A DNA stretch of 20,000 bases from an uncultured virus (IMG/VR IMGVR_UViG_3300010048_000003) (taxonomy: Duplodnaviria > Heunggongvirae > Uroviricota > Caudoviricetes). The notes under the pieces were generated by a model that ran no database searches, was not told where the DNA came from, and worked only from the letters and a program-made list of their open reading frames with translations. The translations under genes and the position numbers were made by a program. The stretch lies in the IMG/VR virus record IMGVR_UViG_3300010048_000003. One strand, written 5' to 3'. Below are positions 9,503 through 16,160 of the stretch, piece after piece; within the stretch, counting starts at the first letter, position 1, and each line of letters begins with the position of its first letter.

Positions 9503-10474
9503 ATGACTACGTATGATGCTCGTCCTAGTGCCTTTACGCAGATGACGACTACGTCTGAGTGGGAGACATTCTGTTCGGCTGCGAATATTTATGACGGTGT
9601 TGATACCAGCAACAGCTTCGTGCCGTCCCTCGATACTGCCGGGCGTAATGCCGTCATGAGCGCCGGTGACTGTCTCATCAAGGGCATGTTGTGGCGAGCG
9701 GATGCGAGCGTATCGACGCCTATTCCAGCTGCTGAATCCCAGGACCGGATTGACTATCTTGTCCTCCAGCTGAACCGCGCCGCGACGTCTTCACCGGCCG
9801 TCATTCAGCCGATTGTCGTTAAGGGCACTGCAGCAGCTACTCCGGTGCCACCGACTCTCACTCAGAACTCGACCGGAATTTTCCAGATCCCGATATCGCA
9901 GTGGACAGCACACTCGACCGGCGTACTTGACACAATGTACGACGCAAGGTTGTATACTCAGCGAACGCCCCGGAAGATCGCGAACATAGGCTCTCACATA
10001 GCGAACAGCACGAACTACTACAGTGTACACCAGTCAGTATACGTTCCGCCTCTCGATGCGGCAGCTGGCGCGGTAGTCCATAGGTTCAGGGTTGCTGGGA
10101 ACGGTACGCAGGCGACAGGTACCGCCGTACAGATGAACTGGCAGCTCGCCTACCAAGGCAACACGATTACGGCGGTCGGGGACAGTGGAGGTATTCCTGC
10201 TGGCGCGGGATTCAACTGGCTTTGTGATATGGATTTCATGATATTCCCTGACGGCTCGGCGATGCTCCTTAGTACTATGGTGCAGTCCCGATCAGTCAAC
10301 ACGCCTGGTACTGCGCAAAGTACGAAGACTCAGTCCCAGACATTCGCAGCCGGATACATCAACATAGGTCAGGGCGGAAGCATGGCGCTACAGATTGGAT
10401 GGGCGTCAATAACGGGGTCTCCAATCGCTACCGGTCTCGGCTTCGTATATGAAAAGCAGCAGGTGAGTGTTTAG
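9503..10474 (+). CDS. Minor tail / receptor-binding protein, paralog 2
   Basis: SD AGGAG then ATG at 9503; first ~150 aa clearly homologous to 8554-9495 (MxTYDARPSAFTQ, WRADA, DRID, QIPI); unrelated beta-rich C-terminus. Confidence 0.75.
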   Translation: MTTYDARPSAFTQMTTTSEWETFCSAANIYDGVDTSNSFVPSLDTAGRNAVMSAGDCLIKGMLWRADASVSTPIPAAESQDRIDYLVLQLNRAATSSPAVIQPIVVKGTAAATPVPPTLTQNSTGIFQIPISQWTAHSTGVLDTMYDARLYTQRTPRKIANIGSHIANSTNYYSVHQSVYVPPLDAAAGAVVHRFRVAGNGTQATGTAVQMNWQLAYQGNTITAVGDSGGIPAGAGFNWLCDMDFMIFPDGSAMLLSTMVQSRSVNTPGTAQSTKTQSQTFAAGYINIGQGGSMALQIGWASITGSPIATGLGFVYEKQQVSV

Positions 10475-10658
10475 TCTTGACTCCATCTTCTACGGCGGCC
10501 TGGTTGCCGTCGGGATTATCGTAGCTACTGCGATATATGATGAGATCAAGATTAATGCTTACGAGAGAAACCTCGGGGTACCGCCCTGTGTGAGGAAAGG
10601 GAAGAGAAGATGGATTATGAGGAGAAGCGCGAGGATGAGGCACCGCGCGATCCACTAG
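10467..10658 (+). CDS. Small single-pass membrane protein in the lysis region
   Basis: GTG start; hydrophobic stretch IFYGGLVAVGIIVATAIY followed by a basic tail. Confidence 0.55.
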   Translation: MFSLDSIFYGGLVAVGIIVATAIYDEIKINAYERNLGVPPCVRKGKRRWIMRRSARMRHRAIH

Positions 10659-10792
10659 CGCCGCATCTCCGGCAGGTCACTCCGGTAGTCGAGCCTGCCG
10701 AAGAGGGGCACGAGTTCTGGGCGAACCCAGGAGACGACGAAAGGCCAGAGTCAGATCTGGCTCAGCTTACCAGAGGTGCGGAGGAGCAGTAG
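10610..10792 (+). CDS. Small acidic hypothetical protein
   Basis: 60 aa; purine-rich SD upstream; its TAG abuts the lysin ATG. Confidence 0.6.
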   Translation: MDYEEKREDEAPRDPLAPHLRQVTPVVEPAEEGHEFWANPGDDERPESDLAQLTRGAEEQ

Positions 10793-11587
10793 ATGACACT
10801 CACAAGGGTTTGGATTCCTAGCCCCAACTACAGCAGCCGGGGCGGTTCCTCGGTACGCCTGATCGTACTCCACACGGCCGAAGGGGCAACGACGTACGAG
10901 TCCCTGGGGAACTACTTCGCCAGCAGCAGCTCAGGAGTCTCTTCTCACGTCGGCATCGATGACAAGCGCGGCAAGTGCGGCGAGTACGTCTCGCGCGGGA
11001 ACAAGGCGTGGACGCAGGGGAACGCTAACCCGGTGTCGGTCGCCGCCGAGCTGTGCGGGTTCGCGTCCTGGTCGGACTCGACCTGGCGGAACTCGCACAA
11101 CAACATGCTCCTGAACGCGGCCGACTGGGTCAGGGAAGAAGCAGCCAAGTTCAACATTCCGATCACGAAGCTCACCGCTTCGCAGGCACAGGGGAGTGGT
11201 CGTGGAGTCTGTCAGCACCGAGACCTCGGAACCTGGGGCGGAAACCACTCCGACTGCGGGAACGGATTCCCCATGGACTACGTCCTGGATCTGGCTCGGG
11301 GCGGAACTCCACCACCGTCGGGAGGTGGAGGCGGTGGAGGCGGTTCGGTTCCGACGCTTCATGTCGACTACTTCGGCCCGGCCAACGGCCACAACTACAA
11401 CTGCTCGGACGTTCAGGTATGGCAGGCCCAGATGTCGTCGCGCGGATGGACGATCAGTGTAGACTGTCATTACGGGCCGCAGTCCGAGAACGTCTGCCGT
11501 CAGTTCCAGTCAGAGAAGGGACTGAGCTATGACGGCATGGTCGGTCCCGAAACGTGGAATGCGGCATGGACCGCGCCGGTAACCTAG
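10793..11587 (+). CDS. Endolysin: N-acetylmuramoyl-L-alanine amidase (Amidase_2) + Gly linker + peptidoglycan-binding domain
   Basis: SPNYSSR, IVLHTAEG, SSH, AELCG, QH...HSDCG; C-terminal RQFQSEKGLSYDGMVGPETW; SD GGAGGAG. Confidence 0.93.
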   Translation: MTLTRVWIPSPNYSSRGGSSVRLIVLHTAEGATTYESLGNYFASSSSGVSSHVGIDDKRGKCGEYVSRGNKAWTQGNANPVSVAAELCGFASWSDSTWRNSHNNMLLNAADWVREEAAKFNIPITKLTASQAQGSGRGVCQHRDLGTWGGNHSDCGNGFPMDYVLDLARGGTPPPSGGGGGGGGSVPTLHVDYFGPANGHNYNCSDVQVWQAQMSSRGWTISVDCHYGPQSENVCRQFQSEKGLSYDGMVGPETWNAAWTAPVT

Positions 11588-11859
11588 CCCGAGCACTCGT
11601 CTGGCATCTGTGGCGAATACTGTCGGTGTTCATAGCCGCGCTGATCATCAACGTAGTCGCCACAGATGTCGTCAAGAGTCTCAGCAAGGAATCAATCCTT
11701 GACTGTGTCATCATCGCAGCATTCATTGCGTTCGGTGCTGAGATTATCGGTCCGCGCGCATTCACCGGAGGGAGGCGTCGTGCTAAGCCAGCAACAACTG
11801 TGGGACCTGGAACTGGAACAGCTATACAAGGAACGGGAGACGACGGACCCCGACCCTGA
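11566..11859 (+). CDS. Putative holin / two-TM membrane protein (start uncertain)
   Basis: Directly after the endolysin; two hydrophobic segments (ILSVFIAALIINVVA and CVIIAAFIAFGAEII) followed by a basic RRRAK patch. Confidence 0.6.
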   Translation: MDRAGNLARALVWHLWRILSVFIAALIINVVATDVVKSLSKESILDCVIIAAFIAFGAEIIGPRAFTGGRRRAKPATTVGPGTGTAIQGTGDDGPRP

Positions 11860-12385
11860 GATGTGGCGGTGGAGTCCTCTTGAACTGCGTGAGTTCGACA
11901 GGATGCTTACTGTCGCTATCCACATGTTCCCAGGACAGCACGAGATCTCGTTCTGTGAAGCCGGATGCGGTATCGGCACAAAGCTATACCTGGCCGAGAA
12001 GTATCATGGCCTGACGGCGGTAGGCTACGAGATCTCTGAAGACTATCTAGCCAAGGCACTCGCCATAGAGGTCGATGCCCGGTACATGGACCTGCGGACG
12101 GACTCGCCGCCGTGGGCCGAGTATGATATCGTGTATACCGCGCGACCGTTCAAGGATGACGAGTTCGAGTCAGCCTGGGAGTCTTCGGTTCAGCGCGCGA
12201 TGCGTCCCGGCGCGGTATTGATGATGGCCTACACGGCGCATAAGCCGTATGCCTGGCCGTGTTACTACCGGGCGCCATTTCGGGGCGTATGGGTGAAGCC
12301 GCAACCGCGTATCCCCGGCGTATACGACCAGATGATCAGGCGGCAAGAACCGCATGATCCGCTAGTGAAGGAGCCGGGCCCATGA
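11780..12385 (+). CDS. Class I SAM-dependent methyltransferase
   Basis: Motif I FCEAGCGIG, motif II GYEI, YDIVY and AMRPGAVL; GTG at 11780 with strong SD GGAGGGAGG (alternative ATG at 11861). Confidence 0.85.
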   Translation: MLSQQQLWDLELEQLYKERETTDPDPEMWRWSPLELREFDRMLTVAIHMFPGQHEISFCEAGCGIGTKLYLAEKYHGLTAVGYEISEDYLAKALAIEVDARYMDLRTDSPPWAEYDIVYTARPFKDDEFESAWESSVQRAMRPGAVLMMAYTAHKPYAWPCYYRAPFRGVWVKPQPRIPGVYDQMIRRQEPHDPLVKEPGP

Positions 12386-12669
12386 CAGAGAGATCGCCAG
12401 AAGTAACACCATTGGCCAAGCCTGCGGTGCCTGCGACGTACTCGGCGCTCATAAGCGGTAGTGGCTGGTATGTCATCTGGGGATCAACTGCGCCGAATCC
12501 TGGCATGACTCAGATGATTATTGCCTTCGGACTTGGCACTACTAGCAACGTCATCGAGCCAATAGTGTCTAGTGCAGGTGTCCCTACTGCCGCTACATCT
12601 ATCAGTACCGACTACCTGCTAGCGAACCCGCAAGAGAACCAGGCCTATACCGGCCTTACTGGTACGTAG
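12382..12669 (+). CDS. Hypothetical protein (95 aa, Thr/Ser-rich)
   Basis: ATGA overlap with the methyltransferase stop; SD AAGGAG. Confidence 0.7.
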   Translation: MTERSPEVTPLAKPAVPATYSALISGSGWYVIWGSTAPNPGMTQMIIAFGLGTTSNVIEPIVSSAGVPTAATSISTDYLLANPQENQAYTGLTGT

Positions 12670-12878
12670 TCGGCCGGTTACGTAGAGCGACGTATAGCTA
12701 CGCGGCTCTAGGATCGATTCTAAGAGCCTATCGAGCCTAGCCGTACCCGAGAGTCCCGGGAGGGGGAGATAGGCCCGCTCCGTTCGGCTCCGGGCCGGCA
12801 AGGAGTCTGTCTTTCGGGCCGGTTCGGAGCCGGTAGGGCCGAGGGGTATGGTTTAGACATAGTCGACCGTAGTCGACT
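12663..12878 (+). ncRNA. Putative structured RNA / complex terminator region at the convergence of the two arms
   Basis: Stems 12663-12671/12676-12684, 12683-12688/12705-12710, 12739-12748/12844-12853, 12754-12758/12763-12767, 12784-12799/12818-12833, 12861-12867/12872-12878; non-Watson-Crick pairs in these stems are G-U on the + strand. Confidence 0.5.
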
Positions 12879-12879
12879 C

Positions 12880-13491
12880 CTAGATGATGTGAGTCTTGAG
12901 GTGGCCGATGTTGACCGAGGTGTCGACGCAGATATTGTATCCTAGGCTGATCGCTCGAATACAGAAGGTGACATCCTCACCGGCAAGATATTCGCCCATC
13001 GGGATCTCCTGGAACCACTGGGCGGCCTTATTGGGCAGCTTCTCCTGGATGTCTAGGAACACCTGCCGGTGGACTAGGAGGCAGCCCGCGCCGGTCGCGT
13101 CCACGTCAACAACCTCGCCTTGTTCATACTCGGTGATGGCCCGGTATGCCGGCGTCCCGTTCTCGTCATCAGGCTCACGCCGGAACATCGACGGGTACTT
13201 CGGGAGGTCATTGATATGAACGAGTCCGCCTATGATCGCCTCGTTACGCTTGAGTAGGCGCTCGATCGTATTCCGGTTGAAGACGGTATCGGTATCGGCC
13301 ATATATAGCCACTTGTTACCAGACTCTAGGAACTGCTCGACTAGTTTGTTCCGCGCGGTCGATATGTTAGCGCTCGACCAGTAGTCAAGGGTGTCGATAC
13401 TCATGTACCGGATGAGGTTCACCAGCGAGTGCATAAACCCGGCGTGGACGTGATCGTTGTGGACGTACCCGATAGTGACTGAGGTTGTCAT
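12880..13491 (-). CDS. Glycosyltransferase, GT-A fold (family 2-like)
   Basis: ISTARNKLV, DxD motif (MADTD), DATGAGCLLVHR, GEDVTFC, IGH; likely start ATG at 13491. Confidence 0.88.
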   Translation of the reverse strand: MTTSVTIGYVHNDHVHAGFMHSLVNLIRYMSIDTLDYWSSANISTARNKLVEQFLESGNKWLYMADTDTVFNRNTIERLLKRNEAIIGGLVHINDLPKYPSMFRREPDDENGTPAYRAITEYEQGEVVDVDATGAGCLLVHRQVFLDIQEKLPNKAAQWFQEIPMGEYLAGEDVTFCIRAISLGYNICVDTSVNIGHLKTHII

Positions 13492-13492
13492 A

Positions 13493-13723
13493 TCACTTCC
13501 CATGTTCGTGATCAACTTCGCCGTACAGGCTTAGCCGGTGTATGGTGTCGTGGAATGTGCGATAGCACTCTTCAACGTAGTCGCTGGCGAATGGTGGTAG
13601 AGTGTACTGTCCGGCGAGAGATTCGCTATGCCTAACGGACATATGTTTTCTGAAGTTCCATTCATCCATGTCATCAGCATTCCTGACGACTATCTTGAGA
13701 TCTACATTCTCTTGCGGTGTCAT
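13493..13723 (-). CDS. Hypothetical protein (76 aa, His-rich)
   Basis: SD GGAGG then ATG at 13723; fills the gap between dnaE and the glycosyltransferase. Confidence 0.7.
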   Translation of the reverse strand: MTPQENVDLKIVVRNADDMDEWNFRKHMSVRHSESLAGQYTLPPFASDYVEECYRTFHDTIHRLSLYGEVDHEHGK

Positions 13724-13734
13724 GGTTACCTCCA

Positions 13735-15984
13735 TCAATTATCAGGATCGAGAACCCATATCTCATCTACCGTGATAGGCGTGCCGAATCCGGAGATCCG
13801 GTTGCCGGATATGATGACTACATCATGATTGATCTTGATTGTCCCTAGCTTGCCCTGGATAGTCGGGAACCGGAACCGGTTGACCCTAGCATATACCTCT
13901 TCGTCGCCTACATCGTAGCAGTGTAGGGTAGCTCGTTTGATGAGGTCAGGGCGCTTGATGGTCTTGAGGATCTCCTCCACTTCCTTGCCGGTACGGGACC
14001 GTTCGTCTTCGACTATGTCTTTGTACTCGACCTTTCTGACCATCCCCATATAGATGACTTGCTTACCGAATCGCCAGATCTTGTGGGTATGATGTTGGTC
14101 TACTGTCATCGCGGCGAGCTGATCCCCGCTATGCGTCGGGAGGGGAGCGAGTCCCTTGCCCGGACCCCTGAGGAATCGCCTGACCGACGATAGGCGCTTC
14201 TCCGTCCGGTACAGCCCGAATGGGTCTTTCGCTAGCGTCCACTCCTCCATACGGGCGATAGTCTTGTCGCCTAGGCCGGGAATCGCCTTGAGTTCAATCC
14301 AGTCATCGAATCCATAGTGACCACCGAATGCCTCTATGCGTTCTGCGATTGCCGGGCCGACCTTTGGCATCTGACGCCATCCGGCGACTAGCCCGACATT
14401 CGGCACTGCTTGCCAGGTGGCGCGGGATAGCTGTAGTGATGGCGGCTTAACGTCTATGCTATGAGCTAGGGCGTCACGCATAAGACGGAACTGAGTGTCG
14501 GCTACTGTGGCTTTTGCCAGGCTCGCCGCGTAGAACTCGACTGGATAGTTTGCCTTTAGCCATGCCGTCCAGAATGCTAGCATCGAGTAGGATACTGCGT
14601 GCGCGATATTGAAGGCATAAGTGCCGGAGGTTACGAGCCGGTTCCAGATCTTCTCGGCCATCTCCCGGTCGATGTTGTGGAGTCGTTTCGCACCCTCTGC
14701 GAACTCATCGAAGTTCTGCTGGAATGCGGCTTGGCCTGCTTTCTTCGCGATGATGCGCCGGATGTGGTGGACGTTCGTCCAGGACAGATCCCCTACCTCT
14801 TTGAGACAGCGGAGGATATGTTCCTGGTAGATCATTTGTCCGTAGGTGTCCTTCGTGATCTCATCCACGATGGGGTGTAGAGGGGTAGCTCGTTTACGAC
14901 CGTGACGTACTTCGATGTACTCTGCGGTCTGTCCGGAAAACAAAGGGCCAGGACGCGATAGCGCATTGATGTCCGTGATATGCATGAAGTGATCTGGATG
15001 AACGTCTCGGTTGACAAGCCGAGTAGCTCTACCTTCAAACTGAAATACTCCCACGACGTCTCCAGAGCGGAATATCTCGATTGCTCTAGGATCAGTATCC
15101 GGTATGGCATATAGATCCTCCAGAGTTAGTCCGGTCATCCGGAGACAACGAGAGATCATCCCCATAGTCGATAGGCCCAGGAAGTCTAGCTTGAGAACGC
15201 CGACATACTCGGCGTCATACTTGTCGATTGAGAGTACACGCTCTCCGTCCTTCTCGTATACCGCGCAGACGTCGGTGAGCGGAGAGTTGGCTACCATTAG
15301 GCCGCAAGCATGGACGGACATTCCGCGTACGTCGCTCTCTAGGCGACTTGCTTTTGCGAGGTCAGGGTACTCATCAAGGACTGCCTTCGCAGCCGGGAAC
15401 ATCTCAAAAGTGTCTTCGAGCGTAGCGTCGGCTCGCGAGTCGCCACCCGACCTCTCTATGGCTAGATTCGCTACTGCTTCTTTTGCGTAGAGCGGTATGC
15501 GATAGACAGTCGAAACGTCAGCAAGACTATTCTTGGCACGGTACCGGACGAAGTTGCCTATGTGGCCGACACATTCCGCACCGTACTTGTAGGCGATGTA
15601 GTCATAGACCTTGAAGCGTTCTTCGTCAGAACAGTCGACGTCGATGTCGGGCGGGTCGTGTCGGGTAACGTCAAGGAATCGTTCAAAGATCATACCCGGA
15701 TACTTCCATGGATTGATCTCGGTGATCCTTGTCATATAGGCTACGTCGGACGCGGCGGTGCTGCCCCGGCCGGGGCCTATCGCTACATCATTGTCCTTAG
15801 CCCAGCGGATCGTGTCGGAGGTGAATAGCATGAAGTCGGCTAGGTCTTTGCCGAGGATCATATCCATCTCTCGGCGGATTCGCGCGCCGTGCCAGTCCTG
15901 TTCGACCTGCGGTAGCCTGCCTATTCGGCGATAGTTCCAGCCCTGTCGAAGCCAGTACCACAATAGATCATCAGAGTCGCTCAT
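13735..15984 (-). CDS. dnaE: DNA polymerase III alpha (DnaE-like), catalytic part lacking the PHP domain
   Basis: GPGRGS, FERFL, PDIDVD, KLDFLGL, GVFQFE, ALSRPGP, IYQE, YAFNIAHA, HhH IPGLGDKT, C-terminal OB-like region. Confidence 0.95.
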   Translation of the reverse strand: MSDSDDLLWYWLRQGWNYRRIGRLPQVEQDWHGARIRREMDMILGKDLADFMLFTSDTIRWAKDNDVAIGPGRGSTAASDVAYMTRITEINPWKYPGMIFERFLDVTRHDPPDIDVDCSDEERFKVYDYIAYKYGAECVGHIGNFVRYRAKNSLADVSTVYRIPLYAKEAVANLAIERSGGDSRADATLEDTFEMFPAAKAVLDEYPDLAKASRLESDVRGMSVHACGLMVANSPLTDVCAVYEKDGERVLSIDKYDAEYVGVLKLDFLGLSTMGMISRCLRMTGLTLEDLYAIPDTDPRAIEIFRSGDVVGVFQFEGRATRLVNRDVHPDHFMHITDINALSRPGPLFSGQTAEYIEVRHGRKRATPLHPIVDEITKDTYGQMIYQEHILRCLKEVGDLSWTNVHHIRRIIAKKAGQAAFQQNFDEFAEGAKRLHNIDREMAEKIWNRLVTSGTYAFNIAHAVSYSMLAFWTAWLKANYPVEFYAASLAKATVADTQFRLMRDALAHSIDVKPPSLQLSRATWQAVPNVGLVAGWRQMPKVGPAIAERIEAFGGHYGFDDWIELKAIPGLGDKTIARMEEWTLAKDPFGLYRTEKRLSSVRRFLRGPGKGLAPLPTHSGDQLAAMTVDQHHTHKIWRFGKQVIYMGMVRKVEYKDIVEDERSRTGKEVEEILKTIKRPDLIKRATLHCYDVGDEEVYARVNRFRFPTIQGKLGTIKINHDVVIISGNRISGFGTPITVDEIWVLDPDN

Positions 15985-16160
15985 ATAATTTCCCAGCTTC
16001 CATGGAATGCGTTAAAGAACCAGTCATTCCGGCCGTATAGGGAAAGCTCATTGAAAAGAAATTCATGATCCATCTCGTCACTGTAGCCGGTATCGATGAT
16101 GTAGAAACCGCATATCGCACAGAGGCCGACGACATGACTGATGTAGATGTCCTGCTTCAC
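15981..16160 (-). CDS. Small hypothetical protein (59-60 aa, CxxC) between the two dnaE halves
   Basis: GTG at 16160 (or ATG at 16163) overlaps the PHP stop, with SD GGGAG; its TGA overlaps the dnaE ATG (ATGA); sequence VKQDIYISHVVGLCAICG...GSWEII. Confidence 0.6.
   Translation of the reverse strand: MKQDIYISHVVGLCAICGFYIIDTGYSDEMDHEFLFNELSLYGRNDWFFNAFHGSWEII

Noticed and set aside
8554..10474. Diversity-generating retroelement or invertible tail-fibre switch
   Set aside because: No reverse transcriptase, invertase or inverted repeats in the window, and no near-identical repeat pair differing at adenines; homology is N-terminal and at protein level.
10790..10795. TAG readthrough or stop-codon recoding fusing the 60-aa ORF to the endolysin
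   Set aside because: The lysin has its own strong SD (GGAGGAG) and complete N-terminus, and TAG terminates several other genes normally.
10643..12430. Similarity of CCGCGCGATCCACTAGCG (10643) and CCGCATGATCCGCTAGTG (12350), followed by QVTPVVEPA / EVTPLAKPA
   Set aside because: Only 14/18 identity with inconsistent spacing to the second block; cannot be distinguished from chance.
12663..12878. tRNA, CRISPR array or hammerhead ribozyme; ORF 12619-12801 (-)
   Set aside because: No cloverleaf with T-loop consensus, no repeat-spacer pattern and no CUGANGA/GAAA core; the ORF overlaps a real gene antisense and has no recognisable features.
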